Positions 11,207 through 22,906 of a stretch of DNA of 64,000 bases are shown piece after piece; positions within the stretch are counted from its first letter, which is position 1; every line of letters starts with the position of its first letter. Origin of the DNA: a virus (lineage: Duplodnaviria; Caudoviricetes); IMG/VR virus record IMGVR_UViG_3300031994_002623, positions 28,681 to 92,680 of that record; one strand, given 5' to 3'. The translations under genes and the position numbers were made by a program. Below the pieces are notes generated by a model, which ran no database searches, had not been told where the DNA came from, and saw nothing but the letters and a program-made list of their open reading frames with translations.

Positions 11207-11821
11207 ATGAAAGTAATAGTATTGTCTCATTATATATTTGATGAGAGGATGAAGAAGCTTGGAATCAATGATGAGAACGTAGAAGACACTGGAAACTTCT
11301 ATATATCCATCATAGGGACTCCAGAATGCCTTAATTACTACCTGGATGAAGGAGACACTAGACACTACTTTAAAGACCACCAGAACGTCTTAAATCTCGA
11401 TTTCGATGATATAGGGGATGATGTTAGGTATAATGGTCACCTGTTCAAGACGATTACTATGGAACAGGCTGAGAAGGCAGTGGATTTCATTCAGACAATG
11501 ATAGAAAAACATCCAGAGAATATATTTATACATTGTAGGGCTGGAATGAGCAGGTCTAGGGCATTTGCAGAATTTATATATAGGTTCTGTAGGGAACATG
11601 ACATACCTCTTGACTATGAGGACAGAAACGACTACACAACGATGTATAATCATGGTGTCCTTAACAGACTTAACCACGCCTACTGGAAGAAACACGGACT
11701 TGGTATGTATGAAAAGAAGGATACGGGGTATCCAGAAGAGTTTGTCAACACGCCAGTCGTAGAAATAAACAGGGAGAGAACAAGAGAAGCTTGGAAACTC
11801 AATAACCAGAAGAAGATATAA
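11207..11821 (+). CDS. Dual-specificity/tyrosine phosphatase-like protein
   Basis: HCRAGMSRS (CX5R) active-site motif. Confidence 0.8.
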   Translation: MKVIVLSHYIFDERMKKLGINDENVEDTGNFYISIIGTPECLNYYLDEGDTRHYFKDHQNVLNLDFDDIGDDVRYNGHLFKTITMEQAEKAVDFIQTMIEKHPENIFIHCRAGMSRSRAFAEFIYRFCREHDIPLDYEDRNDYTTMYNHGVLNRLNHAYWKKHGLGMYEKKDTGYPEEFVNTPVVEINRERTREAWKLNNQKKI

Positions 11822-12213
11822 TGGAAGAGCTTAAATCGTTTTATGACCTTGCAGAGAAGGTAGAACCTTGGAATCCATCAAAGGAGTTCCTAGAGGGCTT
11901 CAGCAAGTATATGGAGGAGTCCATAAGGCAATCGAGGATAAATATGGCAAAAGCTATTGAATCTGCAAGCAAAATCTTTATATTTTAATTATATGAATAA
12001 TTTCGATGTGAGAGATTACGAGGACGGTATGAATGTCCTCTATCACCAAGAGTCCCTTGAAGCCCAGAGAATGATGGAGGTTTATCTTGGTAGAAAAATT
12101 AAGAGAGATTCATGTACCAGTTGTTACAGATACCCTAACTGTAGGATATACAGGGAATGTGGAGATATTGGTATTAATTGTGACGAGTATTATAAGGAAG
12201 AGGAAGAAGAGTT

Positions 12214-12699
12214 ATGAGATACGAGGGAATTATAGATGAAATCCTCTATTATGGGGAGAGAAGTAAGGACGGAAGGTGGATAATCCCCATTGCAGTTGAC
12301 TGGGATTACACTATTACCAGTTGTTCATCATGGAAAGAAGGAACTATGGACATAAACTATAAGGCTTTCAAGGTGATGAAACGCTGGATTGAGGAGTACA
12401 ACGTAGGTTTCATCCTTGATACAATGAGACATGACGAGATACTTGTAGAACCTCTTAAGATACTAAAGGAAAACGGAATCGAGCTGTATGGTATTAGAAA
12501 GAATCCACAGCAGGATAAGGATGGTAATTCGGTAACTAAGGCATGGGCAGTATTTAGTATTGATGACCGTAACGTAGGTATTCCAGTAACTATGGCAGAA
12601 GGCTGTGACAGGCCTTGTGTTGACTGGGACAAGGTAGATGAAATAATGACACCGATTCTCGAAGAGATAAGTGCCACACTAAATAAAGTAAGACTATGA
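12214..12699 (+). CDS. HAD-superfamily hydrolase
   Basis: AVDWDYTI motif I; IDDRN motif IV. Confidence 0.7.
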   Translation: MRYEGIIDEILYYGERSKDGRWIIPIAVDWDYTITSCSSWKEGTMDINYKAFKVMKRWIEEYNVGFILDTMRHDEILVEPLKILKENGIELYGIRKNPQQDKDGNSVTKAWAVFSIDDRNVGIPVTMAEGCDRPCVDWDKVDEIMTPILEEISATLNKVRL

Positions 12700-12896
12700 A
12701 TGAAAAGTATGTTTTGATTAAACCATACGTATGTAACTACGGAACATTGCCAGAGGGTAGTGAGATAATCTATTTCAGAGGACAGTTCTACTTAAATGGA
12801 GGACCAATTCCACAGGTATGGAATAGTCTATTTAAGAAGATAATTGGTGATACTGAATATGTAAGGAAGGTAAAGATACAGAGAAATGAATTCTAA
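12696..12896 (+). CDS. Hypothetical protein
   Basis: ORF overlapping the upstream stop (ATGA). Confidence 0.5.
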   Translation: MNEKYVLIKPYVCNYGTLPEGSEIIYFRGQFYLNGGPIPQVWNSLFKKIIGDTEYVRKVKIQRNEF

Positions 12897-12898
12897 TT

Positions 12899-13141
12899 AT
12901 GGGTAATAACGATATTTTCTGGAATAAGATGAAAAAGTATAACATGGGCGAAGAAGGTGTATATGATTTATCAGATGCAACACCAAGCGAGCTTATGGAT
13001 ATACTTGCGGAAGATGAAAATAATCTAACAGATGAAGACCGCTCATTCCTAAATACCCTCTATGATAAACTCAAACAACTTGAAGGAAAAGAGGTTATTG
13101 ACAATAATGGAAAAATATACAAAATGATTGCAGAGAATTAA
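12899..13141 (+). CDS. Hypothetical protein
   Basis: Tightly packed ORF. Confidence 0.5.
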   Translation: MGNNDIFWNKMKKYNMGEEGVYDLSDATPSELMDILAEDENNLTDEDRSFLNTLYDKLKQLEGKEVIDNNGKIYKMIAEN

Positions 13142-13458
13142 TGGATAGTAAGAGATTTCTAAGAGATAGTGACAGTACTGGCAGGTTTATCGTTAAATCC
13201 AAGGCTACTGGTAAGAAATACTTCGTTGAGGTTATAGGTAACACTCATGCGGCAGATTGGGGAGACCTAGACCCAGCCACAAAGAAGATGACAGGTTCAT
13301 ATGGTGAGAGATATGAAGGCTGCGTACCAGAGAAGGATTCTCTAATAACAAAGGAAAACGGCTTTGATAAGATAACGATGCTAGACCCAGGAGTTTCCCC
13401 GTTCGATGAAATTGAGAGAAGGGACAGGGAATACGAAGAAAAAATGAAAAATAATTAA
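13141..13458 (+). CDS. Hypothetical protein
   Basis: TAATG-coupled ORF. Confidence 0.55.
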   Translation: MDSKRFLRDSDSTGRFIVKSKATGKKYFVEVIGNTHAADWGDLDPATKKMTGSYGERYEGCVPEKDSLITKENGFDKITMLDPGVSPFDEIERRDREYEEKMKNN

Positions 13459-13478
13459 TTAAAAAAAACTATATAGTT

Positions 13479-13892
13479 ATGAGTAAGATTAAGTATTTCC
13501 ATCTGTACGGAAATGCAGAAGGTGCAGATGGTAAGAACCACGTTGTTACGGTGGTAGGAAAGCTGGAACAGGGAAAGAAGACAGTAGAGTTTACTGAGAA
13601 TGTTCCAATTGAGGTTAAGGAGAATTCGTATGTCAACGGTGAGTTGAAGTATTCTCGTAGAATTATGAACAGAAAGCTGACAATTGGTGCGTCAATTTGT
13701 CATCCACTTGATAGATTCGACCTTGAAAAGGGTATTGAGATTGCTAAGGCAAGAATTGAGAAGGGTAATGACCTTGGTGTACTTGAGACATCATCTGTTA
13801 CCATGCTTACCGACGATGCTATTATGGCAGAACTTTTGGTGAAACTTCAGTATATGATTAACAATATTGATGAATATTTACCAGAGGAATAA
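13479..13892 (+). CDS. Hypothetical phage protein
   Basis: ORF with CHPLDRFD.EKG..IA..R motif; followed by a terminator. Confidence 0.55.
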   Translation: MSKIKYFHLYGNAEGADGKNHVVTVVGKLEQGKKTVEFTENVPIEVKENSYVNGELKYSRRIMNRKLTIGASICHPLDRFDLEKGIEIAKARIEKGNDLGVLETSSVTMLTDDAIMAELLVKLQYMINNIDEYLPEE

Positions 13893-13975
13893 TACTAATT
13901 ATTAAAAAAGTTTAAAAAAAAGTGGGATTATTTGCTAGTCTCACTTTTTTTTTATATCTTTGCACAAAAAATTAA

Positions 13976-14334
13976 GGCAATAATACAGCAGTTGGCACAA
14001 AAATATAATTATTACAACAATATAGTATGTTAAAGAAAGACAAAGAAATAGTTAAAAAGTATCTTGGCAGTAGCCTTTTTGAATTAATATCCCCCAAAAA
14101 GGATAGGAGGTGGTATAGTAATACCCTTATACAAGGGTATGTTAACTTTATTGTAATTCTTACAAAACAAGCAAAAGAAGAAGGTAACTGTATTAATGAA
14201 ATACTTTCATTACAAAAATCAGAAGGTTTTGAAATGAAAGCTATTGAGCATAGGCACGGTGATTCTTATGTTTATACATTTGAACTTGTTAACAAGCAAA
14301 ATAATTAATTTGTGCCATCTTCTATATCATTACC
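13976..14334. repeat. Cassette bounded by 26-bp imperfect inverted repeats, enclosing ORF 14027-14308
   Basis: 13976-14001 vs the reverse complement of 14309-14334: 21/26 identical. The same motif bounds 46091-46440. Confidence 0.7.
14027..14308 (+). CDS. Hypothetical protein inside the IR-bounded cassette
   Basis: 93-aa AT-rich ORF. Confidence 0.45.
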   Translation: MLKKDKEIVKKYLGSSLFELISPKKDRRWYSNTLIQGYVNFIVILTKQAKEEGNCINEILSLQKSEGFEMKAIEHRHGDSYVYTFELVNKQNN

Positions 14335-14458
14335 AAAATTAATGAATATGGACAAATTTATTAAAATTGCTAGTAGTATAGCTATACTTTCTGTTATGTT
14401 ATTTGGGTTGGCAGAATACAGAATAAGAAAAATAATTTCACGAGATTAGTATTAGGAT

Positions 14459-14791
14459 ATGGGTGCTTATATCAATTATTGGAAAGTAGAAGATAAAATA
14501 GCAAAAAACCATAGAGGTGAAAGTCCATACATATTCTCGTTTATTGGCGGCTCTTGGTCAATGAGTGAAATACGCAATAAAGCTAAGGAGCTATATGAGA
14601 AAAATGTTTGTGACGGTATCCTCTATAGGGTAATAAGAGAGAATCCTTGGGGAGAAACTATTAAATGCTACTTTATTTACTATGATGGTAAGGTATTTCA
14701 CAAACAAGATTACATAGACAATATTGGACTAATGTTTGAGCCATTTATTCAAGATGGTGAAGAAATTGTTCCAGCGTTACCAGTTTATTGA
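14459..14791 (+). CDS. Hypothetical protein
   Basis: ORF track. Confidence 0.5.
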   Translation: MGAYINYWKVEDKIAKNHRGESPYIFSFIGGSWSMSEIRNKAKELYEKNVCDGILYRVIRENPWGETIKCYFIYYDGKVFHKQDYIDNIGLMFEPFIQDGEEIVPALPVY

Positions 14792-14833
14792 AAAAAAATA
14801 CTATAACGTATAGTTTGGCACGGTTTTTGCAGT

Positions 14834-15100
14834 ATGGATAACGTGAAGGAAATATACGAATACAACCGTTTAGACCGTAAATATGTTCTCATGATAGGTG
14901 AGGATGGTTCTGTCAAGTTGACAGACTACAGTAAGACGGATGGTGTTGAAATGCACAAACCAACTATTGTAGACATTGCTGGAGGGAAGGGATGTAAGAG
15001 AATTGAATATGGTATTAATCCAACCGCAGGTAGGTCTTCAATTCCATTCAAGAACTGGGGAGACGGTGAGTTGGATAAACATTGGACACAGATAAAGTAA
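14834..15100 (+). CDS. Hypothetical protein (paralog of 15100-15360)
   Basis: Shared KY.L.I..DGS.KLT.Y..PT..EYG..SS.PF..DG.LD..W..IK pattern. Confidence 0.65.
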   Translation: MDNVKEIYEYNRLDRKYVLMIGEDGSVKLTDYSKTDGVEMHKPTIVDIAGGKGCKRIEYGINPTAGRSSIPFKNWGDGELDKHWTQIK

Positions 15101-15360
15101 TGGAGAAAAGAGTAAGAGAAATATATGAGGGTGACTGTGTTATGAAAGACGCAAAATACCTTTTACTAATATACGACGATGGGAGTTTAAAGTTAACATG
15201 GTACTGTGGTGAGAGGATTGTTGAGGAAAAGAATCCTACGCTTAGAGCAGCAGGTAGTGGTCTCAGACTGGAGTACGGGGAAGGGGATGTAAAATCTTCA
15301 ATGCCGTTTACCAAATATGCTGACGGAACTCTCGACGATAAATGGGTGAAAATAAAATAA
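15100..15360 (+). CDS. Hypothetical protein (tandem paralog)
   Basis: Aligns end to end with the upstream ORF. Confidence 0.65.
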   Translation: MEKRVREIYEGDCVMKDAKYLLLIYDDGSLKLTWYCGERIVEEKNPTLRAAGSGLRLEYGEGDVKSSMPFTKYADGTLDDKWVKIK

Positions 15361-15383
15361 CTTTGACATAAAAATTGTAGAAA

Positions 15384-17291
15384 ATGGGAAAAATTATTGG
15401 AATTGACCTTGGAACATCAAACTCATGTGTTTCGGTGTATGAAGGAAACGAGCCAACTGTTATTGTGAACAGTGAAGGTAAGCGCACAACCCCATCAGTA
15501 GTGGGTTTTGCTGAAAATGGTGAACGTAAGATTGGTGAGCCTGCTAAGAGACAGGCTATTACCAACCCTAAGAACACCGTTTACTCAATCAAGCGTTTCA
15601 TGGGTGAGACATATGAGCAGTCTAAGAAGGAAGCTGAGCGTGTTCCTTTCGAGGTTGTGAATGAGGGTGGTTACCCACGTGTGAATATTGATGGACGTAA
15701 ATTCACTCCACAGGAAATTTCAGCAATGATTCTCCAGAAGATGAAGAAGACTGCTGAGGACTACCTTGGACATGAGGTTACAGAAGCTGTTATTACTGTT
15801 CCTGCTTACTTCTCTGACTCACAACGTCAAGCAACTAAGGAGGCTGGACAGATTGCTGGTCTGGACGTTAAGCGTATTGTTAACGAGCCTACAGCTGCTG
15901 CTCTTGCCTATGGTATTGACAAGGCTGACAAGGACATGAAGATTGCCGTATTCGACGCTGGTGGTGGTACGTTCGATATCTCCATCCTGGAGTTCGGTGG
16001 TGGTGTCTTTGAGGTACTTTCTACCAATGGTGATACTCACCTGGGTGGTGATGACTTCGACCAGGTAATCATCGACTGGTTGGTACAGGAGTTCAAGAAC
16101 GATGAGGGTGCTGACCTTACGACTGACCCAATGGCTATGCAGCGTCTTAAGGAAGCTGCTGAGAAGGCTAAGTGCGAGCTTTCAGTAACCAATAGCACTG
16201 AGATTAACCTGCCTTACATCATGCCTGTGAACGGAACTCCTAAGCACATGGTGAAGGAAATTACTCGTGCTAAGTTTGAGCAGTTGTCAGATAGTTTGCT
16301 TAAGCGCCATATCGAGCCTTGTAAGAAGGCACTGGAGGACGCTAAGCTGACAGCAGCGGATATTGATGAGGTTATCCTTGTCGGTGGTTCTACACGTATT
16401 CCTGCATTGCAGCAGATTGTAAAGGATGTATTTGGACGTGAGCCATCCAAGGCTGTAAACCCAGACGAGGCAGTATCTATTGGTGCTTGCGTGCAAGGTG
16501 CTGTCCTTAACAAGGAAGGAGGAGTGGGAGATATCGTACTGCTTGACGTTACTCCATTGACACTGGGTATTGAGACAATGGGTGGTGTGATGACCAAGCT
16601 GATTGATGCTAACACCACTATTCCTTGCAAGAAGAGCGAGGTGTTCTCTACCGCAGCTGACAATCAGACTGAGGTAACTATCCATGTGCTCCAGGGTGAG
16701 CGTCCTATGGCTTCTCAGAATAAGAGTATCGGTAAGTTCAACCTTACTGGTATTATGCCAGCTCGTCGTGGTATTCCTCAGATTGAGGTATCATTTGACA
16801 TCGATGCCAACGGCATCCTCAAGGTTACTGCCAAGGATAAAGCTACTGGCAAGGAGCAGGCTATCCGTATTGAGGCTTCATCTGGACTTAGTAAGGAGGA
16901 GATTGAGCGCATGAAAGCTGAGGCTGAGAAGAATGCAGAGGCTGACAAGAAGGAACGTGAGGTTGCTGATGCAATCAACAAGGGTGACCAGCTTATTTTC
17001 GCCCAGGAGAAGCTTATTGAGGAGCAGAAGGACAACATTACCTCTGACGAGAAAACGAAGCTTGACGGGCTTGTAAATAGCCTTAGAGACGCTGTAGCTG
17101 CCAAGGATGTGAACAAGATTAATGAGATTGAGAAGTCCATCAACGATACATGGAACGAGGTATCTCAGAGAGTCTATGCTTCACAGCAAACGCAGCAGAC
17201 TTCACAGCAGGCATCTGACGAGGCAGCAGCATCAGAACCAGCCCAGGAGCAGCCTAATGTGCAGGATGCAGAGTTTGAGGAAGTTTCATAA
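15384..17291 (+). CDS. dnaK: Chaperone DnaK (Hsp70)
   Basis: [45 protein letters not shown]. Confidence 0.98.
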   Translation: MGKIIGIDLGTSNSCVSVYEGNEPTVIVNSEGKRTTPSVVGFAENGERKIGEPAKRQAITNPKNTVYSIKRFMGETYEQSKKEAERVPFEVVNEGGYPRVNIDGRKFTPQEISAMILQKMKKTAEDYLGHEVTEAVITVPAYFSDSQRQATKEAGQIAGLDVKRIVNEPTAAALAYGIDKADKDMKIAVFDAGGGTFDISILEFGGGVFEVLSTNGDTHLGGDDFDQVIIDWLVQEFKNDEGADLTTDPMAMQRLKEAAEKAKCELSVTNSTEINLPYIMPVNGTPKHMVKEITRAKFEQLSDSLLKRHIEPCKKALEDAKLTAADIDEVILVGGSTRIPALQQIVKDVFGREPSKAVNPDEAVSIGACVQGAVLNKEGGVGDIVLLDVTPLTLGIETMGGVMTKLIDANTTIPCKKSEVFSTAADNQTEVTIHVLQGERPMASQNKSIGKFNLTGIMPARRGIPQIEVSFDIDANGILKVTAKDKATGKEQAIRIEASSGLSKEEIERMKAEAEKNAEADKKEREVADAINKGDQLIFAQEKLIEEQKDNITSDEKTKLDGLVNSLRDAVAAKDVNKINEIEKSINDTWNEVSQRVYASQQTQQTSQQASDEAAASEPAQEQPNVQDAEFEEVS

Positions 17292-17294
17292 GTC

Positions 17295-17468
17295 ATGAAA
17301 AGAGACTCTTTCTATTTTGCACAGTTCAATTTCCATTGCCCTCATTGTGGTGGTAGTTTTCGTGGAGAGGTTCATAAAGCACCGCCATATCGCAATGGGC
17401 ATAGGGAGGTTTCAACAAACTGCCCACATTGTAGTGCAGTTGTAACAAAAGAAGTTACTAGTGTTTAA
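17295..17468 (+). CDS. Small zinc-ribbon protein (57 aa; not in the ORF track)
   Basis: MKRDSFY...CPHC...CPHC. Confidence 0.55.
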   Translation: MKRDSFYFAQFNFHCPHCGGSFRGEVHKAPPYRNGHREVSTNCPHCSAVVTKEVTSV

Positions 17469-17552
17469 ATGACTTGGCAAGGTTGATACATATTTCATTA
17501 ATAAGTCTGAGGAATTTCCCAACGATTCCTCAGATTTTTGTAGTTTTGTTTT

Positions 17553-17843
17553 ATGAGTGAAGAAGACGTTTTTGCTATAAAAGATATATTACAGAATAGA
17601 ATTGGGACTAATAAAATTGTTTTTAGAGACAAGAACGGTAAATTAGACCCTATTGTTTTTGACAATATTAGTATTGTTGGTTTATTCATTAGTGGTGGTG
17701 GAATATTATGGCTAGTGGATGATACTGAGGTTAAGCATGATATGTTTGGTGACATAAGACCTTGGTATTTTCATGACAAATACTATGCTTTAACGTTTCC
17801 GCATGACTGTGAACAGAAATTACTTGAAAAACTTGGAATTTAA
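17553..17843 (+). CDS. Hypothetical protein
   Basis: ORF track. Confidence 0.45.
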   Translation: MSEEDVFAIKDILQNRIGTNKIVFRDKNGKLDPIVFDNISIVGLFISGGGILWLVDDTEVKHDMFGDIRPWYFHDKYYALTFPHDCEQKLLEKLGI

Positions 17844-17889
17844 AAATAAAATATATATCTTTGCACTAAAATTATAACTTTTTCATAAT

Positions 17890-18957
17890 ATGAGAAAAGA
17901 TTACTACAATATTCTTGGTGTCAGCAAGGATGCATCAAAGGATGATATTAAGAAGGCTTTTAGAAAACTTAGTATCAAGTATCATCCAGACCGTAACCAA
18001 GGTGATAAGAAAGCCGAGGAGAAGTTCAAGGAGGTGGCTGAGGCTTATGAGGTTCTTGGTGATGATGAGAAGCGTAAGCAATATGATAATCCAGCATCTA
18101 ATTTTGACTTCAAAACCAGTGGCGGTCCAGACTTCGGTGGTATGAACATTGATGAGATACTGAGACATTTTGGTGGATTCGGTGGTTTTGGTGGATTTGA
18201 TTTTGGTGGTGAGAGAAAACCGAAACAGGTGGTAGGTAGTAGCATACAAATCACTTTTAAACTCACACTGAAAGAATTATTTGATGGTGTTACCAAGAAG
18301 ATTAAGTATAACCGTTATGAGCTTTGCGGTGAGTGTAACGGAACTGGTATGACATCTGAGAGCAAAAAAAGAACTTGTAAGTCATGCGGTGGAACTGGTA
18401 ATGTGTTCTCATCTAATGGATTTATGAGTATGACAAGCACTTGCCCTCAATGCGGTGGTAAAGGGCATATTATCGAGAATCCATGCAAGAAATGTAACGG
18501 TCACGGTATTGTATTAACATCAAAGGAGGTTGAACTGAAGTTTAACAGAGGGAGTTTTCATGGACAGGTATACCAGTTTGCAGGATTGGGAAATTTCCCA
18601 CCTCATGGAAATGGCTCTCCAGGAAATTTGATTGTTAACATCGCACAGATTCCAGATGAAAGATTTGACAGGGTGGGTGAAGACCTTTTCTTCACCCTAG
18701 AAATACCAGTGTTGAAGGGTATAATAGGCGGTGAAACGACTGTCGAAACAATTGATGGAAAAATTATAACGGCTAAAATACCACGGGGTACTGAGGATGG
18801 CACACAACTCAGATTCAAGGGTTATGGTATGCCAAAATTCAACACAAACAATAGGGGCAATATGATAGGAGTTGTGAAACTCGTAATGCCAAAAGCAATA
18901 ACAGAAGACGAAAGAAAACTATTGGAAGAACTTTGCGAAAAGGATAATTTTAAGTAA
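17890..18957 (+). CDS. dnaJ: Chaperone DnaJ
   Basis: J-domain with HPD, G/F region, four CxxCxGxG repeats. Confidence 0.97.
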   Translation: MRKDYYNILGVSKDASKDDIKKAFRKLSIKYHPDRNQGDKKAEEKFKEVAEAYEVLGDDEKRKQYDNPASNFDFKTSGGPDFGGMNIDEILRHFGGFGGFGGFDFGGERKPKQVVGSSIQITFKLTLKELFDGVTKKIKYNRYELCGECNGTGMTSESKKRTCKSCGGTGNVFSSNGFMSMTSTCPQCGGKGHIIENPCKKCNGHGIVLTSKEVELKFNRGSFHGQVYQFAGLGNFPPHGNGSPGNLIVNIAQIPDERFDRVGEDLFFTLEIPVLKGIIGGETTVETIDGKIITAKIPRGTEDGTQLRFKGYGMPKFNTNNRGNMIGVVKLVMPKAITEDERKLLEELCEKDNFK

Positions 18958-18966
18958 CAATAATTT

Positions 18967-20061
18967 ATGGAAAGAGAAAGAAGTTTCACACGCTACGTGA
19001 AGAGCGAGAATACGTTTCAACCCATAGGAGAGACGAGGGACGTTCTTCCATCTGGCTTCTATGAGCCAGTTTACGATTCTTATCATGGAAAGGCATTCTT
19101 CAGCAGGAAGGAAATCATAATGCCTAAGTTGTATATCCTACCAAATGATATCCAGACAACGATTCTTGATGACATCAAGAGATTCTGGGAATCAGAGGAT
19201 AGGTACAGACAGTTTGGTAATGTTTATAAGAGGAACATACTCTTGTATTCATTGCCTGGTAATGGCAAAACATCACTTATTAATATTCTGGCACATAAGC
19301 TAATAGAAGAATACGATGGTGTTGTTATATTCATTGATAACACGCAGGCACTCAGTTCGTATCATGTGTGCATGGAGCGACTGAGGGATATTGAGCCTAA
19401 CAGGAAGATTGTAACAATCATTGAGGATTTCGAACGTCTGTCAAAGGATGACCACTATACAGCCATGCTGTTGCAGTTGCTTGATGGTAATACACAGTTT
19501 GATAATGTTGTTACTATTGCAACAACTAACTATCCGCAGATACTTGAGAAGAGATTTACTTGTAGACCAAGCAGATTCAACCTCGTTATCGAGTATAAGA
19601 AACCTACTGAGGATGTGAGGAGAGCTTACATCACTATGAAGTTAAAGGATGCTGGACTGGATGTTGAGGATGAGACAATTAAGAAGGACATAGAGAGGTA
19701 TACTGTAAAGACTGAAGGATTCACGTTTGACTTCTTGAAAGAAGTGATACAGGGTATTTACGTAGACCAGATACCAGAGGTGACACTGTTTGACAGACTC
19801 AATGAGATTATCAAGAAGAATGGTAGGATTACTGTTACTGAGGAAGAGACAAAGCAGATTGGCTTCTCTACTGGTGCAACACTATCAAACTCTGTCACAG
19901 AACCAACAGACCCAATAGGGGTTGAAGAAGCCGATGAAGTGTCTGAGGATTGGGCTGTAAAACCAGCTAAACAACGAGCAGCAAACTTAAAAATTAAAGG
20001 ATTTTATACACCTATTGCGAAAGAAATGGGTATAGGAGAGGAAGATGCTAAAAACGATTAA
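18967..20061 (+). CDS. AAA+ ATPase
   Basis: Walker A LPGNGKT, Walker B IIEDFE, ATTN and RPSRF. Confidence 0.85.
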   Translation: MERERSFTRYVKSENTFQPIGETRDVLPSGFYEPVYDSYHGKAFFSRKEIIMPKLYILPNDIQTTILDDIKRFWESEDRYRQFGNVYKRNILLYSLPGNGKTSLINILAHKLIEEYDGVVIFIDNTQALSSYHVCMERLRDIEPNRKIVTIIEDFERLSKDDHYTAMLLQLLDGNTQFDNVVTIATTNYPQILEKRFTCRPSRFNLVIEYKKPTEDVRRAYITMKLKDAGLDVEDETIKKDIERYTVKTEGFTFDFLKEVIQGIYVDQIPEVTLFDRLNEIIKKNGRITVTEEETKQIGFSTGATLSNSVTEPTDPIGVEEADEVSEDWAVKPAKQRAANLKIKGFYTPIAKEMGIGEEDAKND

Positions 20062-20653
20062 GGACGTAGACCTTTTCGAACATGTTAAGGAATATGACGT
20101 GGTGCTGATAGGAACTAATACCTATTGCACCATGTCTCAAGGTATACAGTTGAAGGTTATGCTCAACTACCATTACGTACAAGAGAAGAATATGGAAACC
20201 AAGTATGGAGACCCAGAGAAGCTTGGTACTATTCTAGAATGTACGGCAGATGGAGAGCCAACCTTCTGTCTGTGTTTTATCACGGCTGGTTATAATTTCA
20301 GACCAGACCTCCAAAAAGACTACTTATCCTATGAATCTCTTGAGAAATGCCTCAAACTTATTAATATTTTATATAAAGGGAAACGAGTTGCTTGTCCCTT
20401 ACTTGGTAATAGCAGGTTCGATGGTAATGGTGATAAGAATAGAATATTAGACATATTCACTAATACTATAACGGATGTTGACCTAGACATCTATGACTAC
20501 CATCAGAAGAGTAGGGCAGAGGAAATGAAGGAGATTAGAGAGAAGGAGCTTGAGGTTAAAGCTAAAGACAGGAAAGCGTACTACGAAATGGTTGCTAAGA
20601 GAAAGAAAGAAGCTGAGGAAAGATTTAAGAAAAACGGACATAGAAGATATTAG
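20045..20653 (+). CDS. Macro-domain-like (ADP-ribose binding/processing) protein
   Basis: DLF..VVLIG.N.YCTMSQGI...ACPLLG pattern. Confidence 0.55.
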   Translation: MLKTIKDVDLFEHVKEYDVVLIGTNTYCTMSQGIQLKVMLNYHYVQEKNMETKYGDPEKLGTILECTADGEPTFCLCFITAGYNFRPDLQKDYLSYESLEKCLKLINILYKGKRVACPLLGNSRFDGNGDKNRILDIFTNTITDVDLDIYDYHQKSRAEEMKEIREKELEVKAKDRKAYYEMVAKRKKEAEERFKKNGHRRY

Positions 20654-20657
20654 ATAT

Positions 20658-21026
20658 ATGGTAATACATTTACATTTAACTGAAGACCACTTGAAGCTGG
20701 TCAAATTCCTCAACATTGAGGATAAGGATGACGATATAATCGCCATTAACAAGAACGTCATGCTGACGTTGCAGACACACATTCTGGATGATGTGGCTAC
20801 AGTCCTTGGATATAGGGACAAGGCAATAAAAGGTACAGAGGAAGACCCAGATGGTGCTGCATATCCAGATGATGTGGAGAAATATCTACTGGATACCTAT
20901 CATTATGTATCAGACAATCTATATTACATAGAGACACTTATTCACCAGAGGTGTACACAAGGTGTAGTACCTGGTCATTATAAGGCCTTAGACAGAGACT
21001 TGTTATGGGAATATGTAGAGGGTTAA
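20658..21026 (+). CDS. Hypothetical protein
   Basis: ATG just after the upstream stop. Confidence 0.5.
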   Translation: MVIHLHLTEDHLKLVKFLNIEDKDDDIIAINKNVMLTLQTHILDDVATVLGYRDKAIKGTEEDPDGAAYPDDVEKYLLDTYHYVSDNLYYIETLIHQRCTQGVVPGHYKALDRDLLWEYVEG

Positions 21027-21338
21027 CAAAAATTAAGGATATTATTTTGGTTATGTCAGATAAATTCTGTAACTTTGCACCCGATAATGACTACGAAGAC
21101 CCAGTTGGGGCGTTGGCTACTGATGTGGGTAAGAACATCCCAGTACTTGAGGGTGAAGATGCTGAACGTTTTATCCTCATGATGGAAGAAAACGAGAGGA
21201 AGGCAGCTGAGCGTGCTAAACTCCCCCCAACGAAGGAGGAAATAGAGAGGAGACTAAGCTGCGCTAAGATTATGTATGACTTTCAGAAAAGACAACTTGA
21301 AGAATTAGAACAAGAAATAAAAAGGCTAGAAAAATTAA

Positions 21339-21866
21339 ATGCTGAAACCGAAGAAAAATGATTTGACCCAGAGGTTTAGGGTTAATGATGAGATTCGTTT
21401 CTCTGGTGACGTTAGAATCGTAGGTGAGGGTATCGAATCAAAGGTGGTCTCAATTAACGAGGCACGTAGAATTGCCGAGAGTATGGAATTAGACCTTGTG
21501 GAAATACAGGGTAGACTAGAGATTCCAGTTCTTAGGATATGTAACTACGAAAAGATGCTATATGAGATTAAGAAAATCGCAAAGAAGGCTAAACAAAATG
21601 CGAAACCTCTTAAAGAGATACAACTTAGCGTTAACATTGCTAAGCATGACCTCGAAACAAAGGTTAATAACGCAAGAAAGTTTATTGAGGAAGGCAGCAG
21701 AGTTAAAGTGGTACTTACCATGAAGGGCAGAGAACTGTCAAGACGTGAGGAGAACAAGAGGTCTATACTGGAGTTTATCGTCATGCTTGAAGACGTTGCT
21801 GTTCCAGAGGCAGCACCACGTGATGAGAACAATAAGACCACTGTCATATTGAAAAAAAAGAATTAA
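21339..21866 (+). CDS. infC: Translation initiation factor IF-3
   Basis: N.EIR, LDLVEI, KEIQL, HDLETK...RKFI..G.RVKV...KGRE. Confidence 0.92.
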   Translation: MLKPKKNDLTQRFRVNDEIRFSGDVRIVGEGIESKVVSINEARRIAESMELDLVEIQGRLEIPVLRICNYEKMLYEIKKIAKKAKQNAKPLKEIQLSVNIAKHDLETKVNNARKFIEEGSRVKVVLTMKGRELSRREENKRSILEFIVMLEDVAVPEAAPRDENNKTTVILKKKN

Positions 21867-21898
21867 CAATGTTACAAACAATAAAGGAATAAGAAAGA

Positions 21899-22861
21899 AT
21901 GGCTTTAGTAGTAAATTTGAAACAGACTGACACTGGTCTTGTTTGCCGTAGTGAAAACACCAAACGTTTCTACAACGACATCAGAAAGTACGATGTTCCA
22001 GACAAGGAAGAGGAAATCAAGATGTTCGCTGAATTTGCCAAGTACAGGAATCTACTGAATGAGGCAAAGGAGAATCATGATTTGGAGGCTATTAAGAGAT
22101 ACGAACCTAAGATGATTAAGGCTCGTGGTCTTATTATTGCCGCAAACCAGAGACTTTGTGTTGCAGCAGCGAAGAACTGGGCAACCACAGACACATTGAT
22201 GGACTACGTGAACGAGGCTAACATAGGTCTTGCAGAAGCTGTAGATAAGTTCGACCATACGAGGGGATTTAAGTTCGCCAGTTATGCTATGTGGTATGTG
22301 AAGAGAGCTATCGAAGAGTATCATCACAACGTCAAGCCAATAGTCCACAGAACCAACAACTCTAAGACATGGAGTATTGTTTCTAAGGCATCAAGCGAAT
22401 TTATGCAGGAGAACGAGCGTAACCCTAGCGCAGAGGAACTGTTGGATATTGTCAATAAGAAGCTCAAGAAGGGTATCAAAGACAAGAATGACCTGCTTAA
22501 CCTGCATGTTACGATGGTTGATGACTACTCTCCATCTGACGAGGAATCAACTGTAGGGTTTGCTGACCTCATGGATTACAACCGTGCAAGTTCCTCAGCC
22601 AATGACTATGAGGCTAAGTCTGAGAGTGATTTCCAGAAGACTATGGTTTCCTCGCTATTAGAGATACTAACACCACGTGAGCAGAAAGTTATTCAGATGC
22701 GCTTTGGTCTTATCGAGGTTAACGGCATTAAGAGGGAGTTTGAACTTTCTGAGGTGGCACTAGAACTTGGTTTGACATCTGAGAGAATCAGACAAATGGA
22801 GACTGCCATACTCGCAAAGCTGAAAAGAGAATATGAAGAGAGAATCTTCTCCTCCAAGTAA
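21899..22861 (+). CDS. RNA polymerase sigma-70 family factor
   Basis: Region 2 EANIGL..AVDKFD..RGFKFASYA.W; region 4 LTPREQ.VI.MRFG..LTSERIRQ. Confidence 0.92.
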   Translation: MALVVNLKQTDTGLVCRSENTKRFYNDIRKYDVPDKEEEIKMFAEFAKYRNLLNEAKENHDLEAIKRYEPKMIKARGLIIAANQRLCVAAAKNWATTDTLMDYVNEANIGLAEAVDKFDHTRGFKFASYAMWYVKRAIEEYHHNVKPIVHRTNNSKTWSIVSKASSEFMQENERNPSAEELLDIVNKKLKKGIKDKNDLLNLHVTMVDDYSPSDEESTVGFADLMDYNRASSSANDYEAKSESDFQKTMVSSLLEILTPREQKVIQMRFGLIEVNGIKREFELSEVALELGLTSERIRQMETAILAKLKREYEERIFSSK

Positions 22862-22869
22862 AAAAATAA

Positions 22870-22901
22870 TGGACTACTACCACGTGTAATAGTCCATTTT
22901 T
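22870..22901. terminator. Bidirectional terminator between convergent genes
   Basis: TGGACTA/TAGTCCA stem flanked by A and T runs. Confidence 0.6.
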
Positions 22902-22906
22902 ATTTG

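Noticed and set aside
15819-17143. Long antisense ORFs within dnaK and other conserved genes
   Set aside because: Shadow frames caused by codon bias, with no independent signals
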